From: a virus | Lineage: Duplodnaviria; Caudoviricetes | IMG/VR virus record: IMGVR_UViG_3300037851_000671 | Coordinates: 96,001-160,000 of that record | Strand: one strand, 5' to 3' | DNA: 64,000 nucleotides | Shown here: positions 21,478-31,143 of the stretch, piece after piece | Position numbering within the stretch: the first letter of the stretch is position 1 | Layout of the letters: every line of letters begins with the position of its first letter | Notes under the pieces: model-generated | Database searches by the model: none | The model's input: only the letters and a program-made list of their open reading frames with translations | Told to the model about the DNA's origin: nothing | Made by a program: the position numbers and the translations under genes

Positions 21478-22239
21478 GTGAGTGAAACATCGACAATGAC
21501 ACATAGGTTTGTAGCTTGCATACCATCGTACAACAATAGCCAATGGTATGAGAAGAATCTCCTATCCGTTATGTCACAGCAATACGCTGATTTTCGGGTA
21601 ATCATCACAGATGACTGTTCTACCGATGGGGGCGGAGATCAGATCGAATCATTGATCGAGCGCAAGAATTTTGGCAATGTTGTAACTTTGATTAGAAACC
21701 CTGAACGTCTTGGGGCTATGGCGAATATGTACAACATGTACCGTATGTGCGATGACAAAGAGATCATCGTACACATTGATGGTGATGATTGGCTAGCTCA
21801 CGATAAGGTTTTTCAGAAGTTGAATGAAGTATACCAAGACCAGAACATTTGGCTTACTTACGGCCAGCATCAATTATATCCAGATGGTGGGCTTGGCTGT
21901 TCAAGAGAGATTCCGAAACACGTTATTGACAAAAACTCTTTCAGAAGGTTTAGATGGTGTTCTTCACACTTGCGTACTTTTTATGCGGCATTGGCCAAGA
22001 ACATCTGCATGATAGACTGTATGATTAATGGGGAATTTTATCCGATGACTAGCGATCTGGCTACCATGTTTCCCATGCTGGAAATGGCTGGTCATCACCA
22101 AAAATTCATACCAGACATTCTTTACATCTACAATTACTCATCTGACATAAATGACGCAAAGGTAAATATAAAGTTGCAACAAAATCTTGAGAGGTTTATA
22201 CGAAGTAAACCTTCATACAGTAAACTGGAAGCTCTATGA
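21478..22239 (+). CDS. glycosyltransferase family 2 (paralog A)
   Basis: 'IPSYN', 'TDDCSTDG', 'HIDGDDW'; start GTG 21478 or ATG 21496. Confidence 0.9.
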   Translation: MSETSTMTHRFVACIPSYNNSQWYEKNLLSVMSQQYADFRVIITDDCSTDGGGDQIESLIERKNFGNVVTLIRNPERLGAMANMYNMYRMCDDKEIIVHIDGDDWLAHDKVFQKLNEVYQDQNIWLTYGQHQLYPDGGLGCSREIPKHVIDKNSFRRFRWCSSHLRTFYAALAKNICMIDCMINGEFYPMTSDLATMFPMLEMAGHHQKFIPDILYIYNYSSDINDAKVNIKLQQNLERFIRSKPSYSKLEAL

Positions 22240-22976
22240 ACAAGTTTGTATTTGTAATGCCATCGTATCAGAACAAAGACTGGTATGAAAAGAACCTAAC
22301 ATCTGTACTGGGACAAACATATCCACACTGGAGAGCTATCTATACTGACGATGCTTCTCCAGATGGAACGGGTAAACTGGTAGAAGAATTCCTGAGGCAT
22401 TTTGACAAGGGTGGCAGGTTCAAACTTTGGCGAAGAACAGAGCGTGTTGGTGCCATGGCCAACATTTACGAAATGTCTCATACCTGCGATGATGACGAGA
22501 TACTTATCCACCTCGATGGTGATGATTGGTTGCCGGATAACGACACACTGAACAGATTGAATAAAGTGTATGGTCGAGGAAACGTTTGGATTACTTATGG
22601 GCAATACAGGTCTTATCCAGACCAGAGGATTGGGTGTGCAAAACAGATACCGGACAACGTGATTGCCAACAATAGTTTCCGTTCATATGACTGGTGCACC
22701 TCTCACATGCGTACCTACTACGCTTGGCTTTTCAAGAAGGTGAAACGTGAAGACTTTATGTACAATGACAAGTTCATAGAGATGACTAGTGATTTGTGGA
22801 CGATGTTTCCAATGCTAGAGATGGCTGGGCCCAATCAGGCGTTCATCTCTGATGTTATGTACATTTACAACTACGGAACACCACTCAACGATGCCAAGGT
22901 CAATGGTGGTTTACAGACAAAGCTTGAGCATATTGTCAGGTCTAAGGCGCCATACCAAAGGATTGTAAATAGATGA
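22236..22976 (+). CDS. glycosyltransferase family 2 (paralog B)
   Basis: 'MPSYQ', 'TDDASPDG', 'HLDGDDW'; colinear with paralog A. Confidence 0.9.
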   Translation: MNKFVFVMPSYQNKDWYEKNLTSVLGQTYPHWRAIYTDDASPDGTGKLVEEFLRHFDKGGRFKLWRRTERVGAMANIYEMSHTCDDDEILIHLDGDDWLPDNDTLNRLNKVYGRGNVWITYGQYRSYPDQRIGCAKQIPDNVIANNSFRSYDWCTSHMRTYYAWLFKKVKREDFMYNDKFIEMTSDLWTMFPMLEMAGPNQAFISDVMYIYNYGTPLNDAKVNGGLQTKLEHIVRSKAPYQRIVNR

Positions 22977-23716
22977 CAGCAACATTCTCTCATCTTGGTT
23001 CATATGGAAGGCTGGCTAATGGGCTTTTCCAGATAGCCGCAACCGTTGGGTATGCCAGAAAGCATGGTGACAACTTTCTTTTCCCTAAGTGGCAGTACCA
23101 GGACGCTTTCGAGATAGGTAAGCTTGGATGTTTTGGTAACCCACGGTGTATACAGTTTTCAAAGTATGTTGAGCCGAAGTTTGCATACACAGAGATACCT
23201 AAAATTCAAAACATAGATCTTTATGGGTATTTCCAGAGTCCGAAGTATTTTCAGCACTGTGAGGGAGAGATTAAGAAGTTGCTAACACCAAGCGAGAACA
23301 AAGACGATCCTGCCATGTTCCGTGGAATCTGTAGTGTTCATGTAAGGAGAGGAGATTACGTTCACCTTAGCCATTGTCATCCGCCATTGACCATGGACTA
23401 TTACAGGGCTGCTATGGATAAAGTACCAGCATCCAGGTTCATGATTTTCTCTGATGATGTAGCTTGGTGCCGTGAGAATTTCGGACATGACTCAAGGTGT
23501 ATAGTGACAGATCCGGCAGATCCTGTTGTTGATTTTTCATTACAGCGCATTTGTAATTACAACATCATAGCCAACTCATCCTTTTCATGGTGGGCGGCAT
23601 GGTTAAATCCGCATGAAGACAAGGTTATAGTAGCTCCTAGTAAGTGGTTTGGTCCCAGTCTGGAGAAAGACCATCCAACAAACGATTTGATTCCAGAGTC
23701 ATGGGTGAGAGTATGA
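22973..23716 (+). CDS. glycosyltransferase family 11 (alpha-1,2-fucosyltransferase-like)
   Basis: 'GRLANGLFQ', 'SVHVRRGDY', 'FSDD', 'IIANSSFSWWAAWL'. Confidence 0.93.
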   Translation: MTATFSHLGSYGRLANGLFQIAATVGYARKHGDNFLFPKWQYQDAFEIGKLGCFGNPRCIQFSKYVEPKFAYTEIPKIQNIDLYGYFQSPKYFQHCEGEIKKLLTPSENKDDPAMFRGICSVHVRRGDYVHLSHCHPPLTMDYYRAAMDKVPASRFMIFSDDVAWCRENFGHDSRCIVTDPADPVVDFSLQRICNYNIIANSSFSWWAAWLNPHEDKVIVAPSKWFGPSLEKDHPTNDLIPESWVRV

Positions 23717-24687
23717 GAGTTTTGTTTGCCCCATTAAATTTCGGTGACGTAATACAGGATGGAATATACGATGCGTTCATTCAACTTGGTTGTGAGTTTC
23801 GTGTTTTCGACTTCATGTCCAAATATCTGAAAACCAAAAACCATAACACCATACGTGATGAGTTTGTGAGAGAGGTTCGGGCATTCAAGCCGCACCTGGC
23901 ATTGTTCCAGATACAGCATACGTCAGTTATAGACGGTGACACTATTAGCCGGGCCAAGGCAGAGTTTCCTGATATGGTGACCGTCAACTGGACAGGAGAT
24001 GTTAGAAACTACATACCATCAACCTACAAGGATGTAGCCAGGGCGTGTGATTTCAACCTCATATCTTCCACTGGACAATTGCAGATGTTTGAGAGCGGTA
24101 TTGGAAAGGCTATTGGATACTGGCAGATTGGATACAATCCTAAACTGTATAAGCCAGCAGATTATCCGGTCAGAGAGTTTGAGAATGATGCCGTATTCAT
24201 TGGAAATTGTGACTTGAATGAGAGGTATCCTGGCACAAATGACAGGCAGAATACGTGCCGTCTTCTGAGGGGCGCTTTCGGATCAAGGTTCAAGCTGTAT
24301 GGAACTCGTTGGCCACAAGGGCTGGGTAGTCTTGGAAGCGTTGATCAAAGAACAATATCATCAATCTATCATAAAACATGCGCACTTGTAAGTGTGAATC
24401 ACTACAACGATTTGTCACATTACTTTTCTGATAGATTGTTGATGTGTATGGCTTCAGGAAGACCGACAATCTCTTTGAAGTTTCCAAACATAGAAACATA
24501 CTTTACAAACATGTGTGATCTGGTGGTTGTTGATTCTGTAGATCAGATACCGGATAAGGTTAGGATGTTGAAAGACAACCCTGAGCTGGCAAATTTCATT
24601 GGCACCTCTGGAGCTGCCAAGGTACGGGCCGAACACACCTATTTTAGCAGAGTAAAAGAACTGTTTAACATAGTTGGATTAACATGA
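23713..24687 (+). CDS. CgeB-like glycosyltransferase (GT-B)
   Basis: ATG 23713 overlaps the GT11 stop; 'NWTGD', 'AVFIGN', 'YFSDRLLMCMASG'. Confidence 0.75.
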   Translation: MRVLFAPLNFGDVIQDGIYDAFIQLGCEFRVFDFMSKYLKTKNHNTIRDEFVREVRAFKPHLALFQIQHTSVIDGDTISRAKAEFPDMVTVNWTGDVRNYIPSTYKDVARACDFNLISSTGQLQMFESGIGKAIGYWQIGYNPKLYKPADYPVREFENDAVFIGNCDLNERYPGTNDRQNTCRLLRGAFGSRFKLYGTRWPQGLGSLGSVDQRTISSIYHKTCALVSVNHYNDLSHYFSDRLLMCMASGRPTISLKFPNIETYFTNMCDLVVVDSVDQIPDKVRMLKDNPELANFIGTSGAAKVRAEHTYFSRVKELFNIVGLT

Positions 24688-25352
24688 ATCTTAATGAAAA
24701 CACAATACATTGCATTGGTGATAGTCATGTTTCTGTGTTTACTGGACAAGACGTTATATCAAACGGTTTCCATGGCGAAGAAGATACATTACCGTATTTC
24801 AAGACATATCGTTTGGGAGCGTGTTTGGCATACAACACACTGACAGAGGGTCACGGAAACAGATCTTCATTTTTCAAGATTCTGTTAGCATTGCCGCCTA
24901 CCGATTTCATACTCCTATCATATGGTGAGATTGATTGTAGGGTACATATACTACGACAAGCAGAGAAGCAGGGTAAAACCAAGTACAGTGTTGCCATAGG
25001 ATGTGCGGCTAGGTACTTCAGGTTTGTGTTAGAGGTTTTTTGGCTTGGGTACAAGAACCTTATAGTCTACGCAGCTCCTCCAACACCATACAACACCCCA
25101 ACTCCAGAAGACCTGAGATACAACGAGGATCTGCCTCATAGTGGAAGTTATGAGGATAGAAGATACGTTACCAGCGTCTTCAACAAGGCATTGAAGAGAA
25201 TGTGCAAGAGGAGCGGTATACATTTCCTTTCTGTTGAAGACGTTGTATTGAAGGATGGCCTGGTAAAAGATGATAGTTTCTTCATGGACAAGGTACACTT
25301 ATCACAGAAGGTCATGCCACACATAGAGCAAGAAATAAAAGGATTCAAATGA
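24684..25352 (+). CDS. SGNH/GDSL hydrolase-family protein
   Basis: 'IGDSH', 'LSYGEIDCR', 'DKVHL'. Confidence 0.8.
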   Translation: MNLNENTIHCIGDSHVSVFTGQDVISNGFHGEEDTLPYFKTYRLGACLAYNTLTEGHGNRSSFFKILLALPPTDFILLSYGEIDCRVHILRQAEKQGKTKYSVAIGCAARYFRFVLEVFWLGYKNLIVYAAPPTPYNTPTPEDLRYNEDLPHSGSYEDRRYVTSVFNKALKRMCKRSGIHFLSVEDVVLKDGLVKDDSFFMDKVHLSQKVMPHIEQEIKGFK

Positions 25353-25957
25353 ACGAGTTTGAGGAAATGGTAGAGCTGTGCAAAAGGGATAACGCTGAGA
25401 AAGACCTGATGTACAAGTTTGATTTGAACAGTGATAGTTTTGTGGTTGATTTGGGTGGATATCACGGAGATTGGTCAGCAGAGATAGCTAAGAGATACAA
25501 TCCAAACATTGTTATTGTGGAGGCTGTTCCAGATTTCTACAACGGAATTGTAGAGAGGTTCAAGGACAACACAAAAATTGCAACGCTAAATTTCGCTGTT
25601 GGAAATGAGGTTGGTAGAGATGTTATATCTGTAGAGAATGATGGATCTAGTTTGTTTGGTGTTTCGTTTGCTCACGTGGTGAGTGTGTCGGTAGAGCGTC
25701 TGAGTAATCTTATCCCAAACGATAGTGTAATTGACCTGCTAAAGATGAATATAGAAGGGTCTGAGTACGATGTGTTTCAAGACCTATTTGAATCAAAGAT
25801 GATAAACAACATTCGCAATTTGGTGGTTCAGTTTCACAAGATTACAAAGATACCATCTGTAGAAAGGCGGAACGAAATACGCGCAATGCTGAGTCAAACA
25901 CATACATGCGAATGGAACTATGAGTTCGTGTTTGAGTGCTGGAAAATGAATATTTGA
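25349..25957 (+). CDS. FkbM-family methyltransferase
   Basis: 'VVDLGGYHG', 'IDLLKMNIEGSEY'. Confidence 0.88.
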   Translation: MNEFEEMVELCKRDNAEKDLMYKFDLNSDSFVVDLGGYHGDWSAEIAKRYNPNIVIVEAVPDFYNGIVERFKDNTKIATLNFAVGNEVGRDVISVENDGSSLFGVSFAHVVSVSVERLSNLIPNDSVIDLLKMNIEGSEYDVFQDLFESKMINNIRNLVVQFHKITKIPSVERRNEIRAMLSQTHTCEWNYEFVFECWKMNI

Positions 25958-25970
25958 GCGAGATGAACCA

Positions 25971-26876
25971 ATGAAAGAGATGTGCTTCTATAACGATTTT
26001 CATAACGGTGATGTTCATTTGTCTCGTGGCCTGGTTAGATATATAGTTAAAGAGCGCCCATCGCTAAAATACAGTTACATTCATGGGTGTAATGCCGATC
26101 TTCTTAGTGATATAGAAAACGTTACGCTTGTACAAGATCGAAGCGCATTGGATTTGATTTGCAAACACAGGTATGAGTGGGGTTTTTCTATAGATGAGAT
26201 TTTGTACGTAAACACTTGGTATGGTTCTTGTGAACATAGAAACATGCACAAATACGGCCTGACCTTTGACTGTTTATTAAATGTGCTCAATGATATTACT
26301 AGTCATACATTAGATCTTGATCTGCGTACCGTTGATGCAAAGATACTATTCCCATGGATTGATTTCTCAAAATACCAAATTCAACAAGCAACAGGTAAGT
26401 TATCAGGTATTGCAAAGCCAATGGTAATGGTTGCGAACAACCTAGCACTAAGCGGGCAGGCTGAGAACTTCTCATTCAACCCTGTCATAGACACGCTTTC
26501 AGATAGGTATCCAAATGTGTTATTTGTGGTAACAAACAAGATAGATCCAGTCAACAAGCAAAACGTAATGTATGTATCTGATATCGTTGGTAAAAACGGG
26601 TTCGACTTAAATGAGTTGGCATATGTATCAACGTATTGCAGTGTTATTGTTGGGCGGCCATCTGGTCCGTTTTCATTTGCTTTAAATCGTGTCAATATGT
26701 TTGATAGGACTTGTGATATGCTGTCTATCTCAAACCTCCAAAACTCAGATGAGTTTTGGATTGGACCAATGCTATCTGGTAAACTGCGATACAGTGGAAT
26801 TTGCAAAAACTACAACACCAACGATATGTCTGTTATCATTAAGATGGTTGATGAATTGATACAGAAAAACCTATAA
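25971..26876 (+). CDS. hypothetical protein, possibly glycosyltransferase-like
   Basis: 'FHNGDVHLSR' and 'SVIVGRPSGP' loosely resemble GT9-type motifs; cluster context. Confidence 0.4.
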   Translation: MKEMCFYNDFHNGDVHLSRGLVRYIVKERPSLKYSYIHGCNADLLSDIENVTLVQDRSALDLICKHRYEWGFSIDEILYVNTWYGSCEHRNMHKYGLTFDCLLNVLNDITSHTLDLDLRTVDAKILFPWIDFSKYQIQQATGKLSGIAKPMVMVANNLALSGQAENFSFNPVIDTLSDRYPNVLFVVTNKIDPVNKQNVMYVSDIVGKNGFDLNELAYVSTYCSVIVGRPSGPFSFALNRVNMFDRTCDMLSISNLQNSDEFWIGPMLSGKLRYSGICKNYNTNDMSVIIKMVDELIQKNL

Positions 26877-26989
26877 CTAATCCCATTACCAATGTTTTAC
26901 ATTGATCCGGTTGTTGGTGAAGATGGCAGTGATATATAGATGGTCATGCGCAAATGAGTTATTATACCAGTAGCGCGCAAAGGTTAATC

Positions 26990-27298
26990 ATGTCAGATAC
27001 GCTTGGTAGCATTATAGACAAACTGATCACTGCTGATTTGAAAATGTGGAACAACCAGGAGTTGCTTTACGAGATTCGTAGGATGACATTCGATGAGTTC
27101 AAGGAAAAATATTGGGCCACAGAAGATGGTGCAGAGCGCTTGTGGAAATATCTCAAGAAAGCATGTGACCTAAACCTTCAACGAAATGCTCTTATAGATG
27201 AAATTGACGAGGCAGTGGTTGAAGTGGTCAAAGCCGCTCAATCAGGGGAAGACCTAGACAATGGAAAATTCATCCAACGAAAACACAAAACATACTAA
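26990..27298 (+). CDS. small helical protein, DUF4254-like
   Basis: 'DTLGSIIDKL' and 'LNLQRNALIDEID' resemble that family, known from polysaccharide loci; the start may be 26954. Confidence 0.5.
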   Translation: MSDTLGSIIDKLITADLKMWNNQELLYEIRRMTFDEFKEKYWATEDGAERLWKYLKKACDLNLQRNALIDEIDEAVVEVVKAAQSGEDLDNGKFIQRKHKTY

Positions 27299-27881
27299 AT
27301 TTTCTGGTAATCGTCAGTTTTTCTTTTCACAAGACGATGATTTCAAACTGCCAAGGCAATCCTCGTTTGATTTTGCAAAAGTCATAGCTGACTATGTAAC
27401 CAAACATGACAACCTGAAGGTTCTGGAAATAGGACCTTCAGGATCGTTTGATCCAAATACTTCATACGATGAATTTGATACCTCAAGTTTGATACGTCAG
27501 TCTTGCAAATCATCACAGTATTTGACATGCGATCTTGTTGATACTAGGTGTGACTATACTTGTTCTGTAGAAAATCTGTCGAGCCTTGGAGTGAAGTTTG
27601 ATGTCATTGTAATGCTATCGGTTCTTGAGCATGTACGTGATGTTTTCTCGGTTCCAGAAGAACTACACAAATCATTAAATGATGGAGGTGTAGTATTCAT
27701 TAGCACTCCTTTTCTGTTCAAGGTACATGGCCCAGTGCCAGATTATTGGCGTCTGACACAATACTCATATGATGTTTTGTTTGGTAGTTTGTTTGATCTT
27801 GATGTAACCACTTACCCACCGAATCAACTTGGCAAGAATTCGTTTCCTTTATGTTTCAATGTAGTTGCGGAGAAGAAATGA
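27261..27881 (+). CDS. class I SAM-dependent methyltransferase
   Basis: 'VLEIGP', 'FDVIVMLSVLEHV', 'LNDGGVVFISTPF'. Confidence 0.85.
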   Translation: MENSSNENTKHTKFSGNRQFFFSQDDDFKLPRQSSFDFAKVIADYVTKHDNLKVLEIGPSGSFDPNTSYDEFDTSSLIRQSCKSSQYLTCDLVDTRCDYTCSVENLSSLGVKFDVIVMLSVLEHVRDVFSVPEELHKSLNDGGVVFISTPFLFKVHGPVPDYWRLTQYSYDVLFGSLFDLDVTTYPPNQLGKNSFPLCFNVVAEKK

Positions 27882-28789
27882 AAGTGTTGTTTTTGGGTGG
27901 TGGAAGGCGCAATTCTTTGGCTAGAAGATTCAAGGCTAAAGGCTGTGAGGTTTTAGCTTACGAACTTTCAGAGAGCGTTCCAATAGCCAAAGAATGTAAA
28001 GTGATTGTTGGTAAACCATGGCAGACTGCGGAACGTCATGTATCTGAAGTCTGTTCTGAGTATGGTATAAATTTGACGATACCACTTGATGATAGAGCAA
28101 CCTTGATTGCTGCTAGTATATCTATGGCCGGTGTGGTCAAATCGCCAACATCAACTGTTGAAACAAACAATATATGTTTAGATAAACGTGCATTTGAATC
28201 CTCAATTGTACTTGGTACAAACATTCCTTATCCAACGCTAAGTGATGATTTTAAAATCATTCGAAAACCTAGATTCGGTTTTAATTCAAAAAACATTTCT
28301 GTAGTTGAAAATATAACAGAGAAAGATGAAGATTTCGTATATCAAAGTTTCATAGAAAACGGGATTGAGTATTCTGTTGATTGTTATTTTGATGTTGACT
28401 CACATTTGGTAGGGGCTGTTCCAAGGACAAGGTTATTGGTACAAGGTGGTGAGGTTGCAAAGAGCCAAACCGTATCAAGAGAAAGTTTAGACTATCAACT
28501 TCTCAGAAGTTATGTTCATGAGCTTGGTTCAGTGTTGAATATGAGGGGGCCTGCGTGTGTTCAATTCATCAAGCATCCAATCACCGGTATTTTTTACATC
28601 ATGGAAGCAAACGCTAGGTTTGGCGGTGGCGTAATACTATCTTTAGAAGCTGGATTTGATATCATACAAATGATTCTAGATGAGTATATAAACGACAAGG
28701 CTGTTTCGTGCTATGAAAAATGGACAGAAAACCTTGTAATGCATAGGTATTTTGATGAGTATTTCTACGAAGAAAAGATATGTGTTTGA
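27878..28789 (+). CDS. ATP-grasp enzyme
   Basis: 'RKPRFGFNS', 'EYSVD', 'EANARFGGG'. Confidence 0.85.
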   Translation: MKVLFLGGGRRNSLARRFKAKGCEVLAYELSESVPIAKECKVIVGKPWQTAERHVSEVCSEYGINLTIPLDDRATLIAASISMAGVVKSPTSTVETNNICLDKRAFESSIVLGTNIPYPTLSDDFKIIRKPRFGFNSKNISVVENITEKDEDFVYQSFIENGIEYSVDCYFDVDSHLVGAVPRTRLLVQGGEVAKSQTVSRESLDYQLLRSYVHELGSVLNMRGPACVQFIKHPITGIFYIMEANARFGGGVILSLEAGFDIIQMILDEYINDKAVSCYEKWTENLVMHRYFDEYFYEEKICV

Positions 28790-29090
28790 TCTTGATGGGA
28801 CGTTGTGCGAAGAGCGCCCTACTTTTGAGAGGTCTTTATCTCAACCAATTACAACAATGATTGAGTTTGTAAATTGTCTATATGACCATGGACATAGAAT
28901 TACAATCTATACCGCCAGAAGCTGGGCTGAGTATGAAATGACAGAACACTGGTTGAAAGCAAACAGCGTTAGATATCATACGCTTCTTTGTGGTAAACCG
29001 ATATATGATACCTGGATAGACGATAGGGCAATCAATGTCAAAGACGTCCAGGTGAAAAATGATTCCGATATATGCACCTTACCTAAATGA
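28755..29090 (+). CDS. HAD-superfamily phosphatase (capsule-biosynthesis type)
   Basis: 'FDLDGT', 'YTAR', 'GKP', 'IDD'. Confidence 0.85.
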   Translation: MSISTKKRYVFDLDGTLCEERPTFERSLSQPITTMIEFVNCLYDHGHRITIYTARSWAEYEMTEHWLKANSVRYHTLLCGKPIYDTWIDDRAINVKDVQVKNDSDICTLPK

Positions 29091-30168
29091 AAACATACTT
29101 AAATACGCTCATCAGGCGATTGACTCTACATGGATATCGTCAAAAGGTAGGTTTCTTGAGGAGGCTACCTATGACATTGCTAATTTTTACGAACATAGGA
29201 AATTGCCGCTATTGTGTAGCAACGGTACAACGGCAATGCACCTTCTGGCTAGGTGCTTAAAAAAATACCACCCTCATATCAAAAAGATCATTGTACAAAA
29301 CAATGTGTATGTAGCTGCATGGAACGCGTTCCTTTTTGACCAGAGTTATGAGCTAGAAGCTGTTGATGCTTCTGTTGATACCTGGAACTATGATCTTGAT
29401 TTGTTATACGATGTTCTTGGTAAGCAAAACATTGAAGAAACTGCCTTGTTAGTTGTACACAATGTTGGCAACATCATAAACGTTCCAAAAATTCAAAGGG
29501 ATTGGCCTGGACTTGTTGTAGTGGAAGATAACTGTGAGGGTTTTGGCGGAACCTACGAGGACATGAGGTCAGGTGAAGCTGCTGTGTTTTCGGCTATCAG
29601 TTTCTTCGGTAACAAAAACATTACTAGCGGTGAGGGCGGGGCCATTATCTTGAACACGCAAGAAGAACATGATTTTGCGTTTTGTTTACATGGACAAGGA
29701 CAATCATCCAAGCGTTTTATTCATGATGAGCTTGGTTACAACTACCGTATGACCAATATACAAGCAGCTATCCTTCATGGACAGATGCTTGCGTACTCTG
29801 AGATAGCAGATAAAAAACGAAAACTATTCGCTGCGTACCAATCTCTCTTAGAAAACGTTGAAGATGTTGTTTTACCACAGATAGAACCAGGAACCACACA
29901 CTCTAATTGGATGTTTGGTATTCGTGTGCTGAATGGTAATTACAGCGATATGGAATCGTTTTTCAATGAGCGTGCGATAGAGGTAAGGCCAATGTTCTAT
30001 CCCATGACCTCTCACAAGTATCTTGGTCACATAAAACAGAACGGTCTAAAAGTGGCGAAGCAACTAAACCAAGAGTGTTTGATTTTACCAAGCTATCCTG
30101 ACTTAAAAGATCACGAGATATATCACGTTGTGCAAACACTTAAGTGTTATGTAGAAGGAGTTAAATGA
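29059..30168 (+). CDS. per: DegT/DnrJ aminotransferase, GDP-perosamine synthase-like
   Basis: 'DSTWISSKG', 'SNGT.AMHL', 'SFFGNKNITSGEGG', 'GYNYRMTN'; adjacent to gmd. Confidence 0.85.
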   Translation: MIPIYAPYLNENILKYAHQAIDSTWISSKGRFLEEATYDIANFYEHRKLPLLCSNGTTAMHLLARCLKKYHPHIKKIIVQNNVYVAAWNAFLFDQSYELEAVDASVDTWNYDLDLLYDVLGKQNIEETALLVVHNVGNIINVPKIQRDWPGLVVVEDNCEGFGGTYEDMRSGEAAVFSAISFFGNKNITSGEGGAIILNTQEEHDFAFCLHGQGQSSKRFIHDELGYNYRMTNIQAAILHGQMLAYSEIADKKRKLFAAYQSLLENVEDVVLPQIEPGTTHSNWMFGIRVLNGNYSDMESFFNERAIEVRPMFYPMTSHKYLGHIKQNGLKVAKQLNQECLILPSYPDLKDHEIYHVVQTLKCYVEGVK

Positions 30169-31142
30169 GGAAAGCGTGCATCACTGGAATTACTGGGCAA
30201 ACGGGTAGCTATCTAACAGAACTTTTGCTTGATAAAGGCTACGAAATTCACGGCATGGTCAGACGTAGCAGCTCTTTCAACACAGAGCGTATCGACCATG
30301 TATTCGATAGAGTAAAATTGGTCTACGGAGATCTTTCTGACTACTCTTCTATCTCTAACTGGATCCAAAAGGTTCAACCAGACGAGTTCTATAACCTGGG
30401 GGCCATGAGCCATGTTCGTGTGTCGTTTGATATCCCAGAGTACACAATGGACATTGGAGCTACTGGAGTGGTGCGTTGTCTGGAGGCTATTCGTCAACAC
30501 AGTCCTAAAACCAAGTTCCTACAAGCTTCTACCAGCGAACTGTTTGGTGGTTTCAATCCGCCACAGAACGAGAACTCTCCATTCTATCCGCGTTCACCAT
30601 ATGGAGCGGCCAAGATTGCTGGTTACTGGTCTACCATAAACTACAGAGAGGCATATAACATTTACGCAGTGAATTCAATCAGTTACAATCACGAATCAAG
30701 CAGGAGAGGTGAGACATTTGTAACGCGAAAGATTACAAGAGCGGCTACTCGCATCAAGCTTGGTTTACAAGACAAACTTGTTCTTGGTAATCTATCAGCC
30801 AAGCGTGACTGGAATCATGCCAAAGATGTAGCGAATGCCATGTGGCTGATGATGAACGCCCCTCAGGCTGATAACTGGGTTGTGTCTTCTGGTGAGATGC
30901 ACTCTGTTCAAGAGTTTGCAGAGATGGTGTTCAAGAAATTAGACCTTGACTGGAATAGGTACGTTGAAAGCGATGCTAAGTATTTTCGACCAACAGAAGT
31001 CGAGGAACTGTGTGGCGATAGCACTAAAATTAGGACCCAGCTTGGTTGGAAACCAGAATATTCATTTGAGCAACTTGTTGACGAAATGATTCAACATGAT
31101 TTGAAATTAGCTGGACAAGAGCTTATCATAAAAAGGATGTGA
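30165..31142 (+). CDS. gmd: GDP-mannose 4,6-dehydratase
   Basis: 'ITGITGQTGSYL', 'SHVRVSF', 'STSELFG', 'PRSPYGAAK', 'NHESSRRGETFVTRKIT'. Confidence 0.97.
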   Translation: MRKACITGITGQTGSYLTELLLDKGYEIHGMVRRSSSFNTERIDHVFDRVKLVYGDLSDYSSISNWIQKVQPDEFYNLGAMSHVRVSFDIPEYTMDIGATGVVRCLEAIRQHSPKTKFLQASTSELFGGFNPPQNENSPFYPRSPYGAAKIAGYWSTINYREAYNIYAVNSISYNHESSRRGETFVTRKITRAATRIKLGLQDKLVLGNLSAKRDWNHAKDVANAMWLMMNAPQADNWVVSSGEMHSVQEFAEMVFKKLDLDWNRYVESDAKYFRPTEVEELCGDSTKIRTQLGWKPEYSFEQLVDEMIQHDLKLAGQELIIKRM

Positions 31143-31143
31143 G

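Noticed and set aside
26896-26943. 15-codon ORF MFYIDPVVGEDGSDI in an intergenic gap
   Set aside because: Too short, no clear RBS and no supporting motif.
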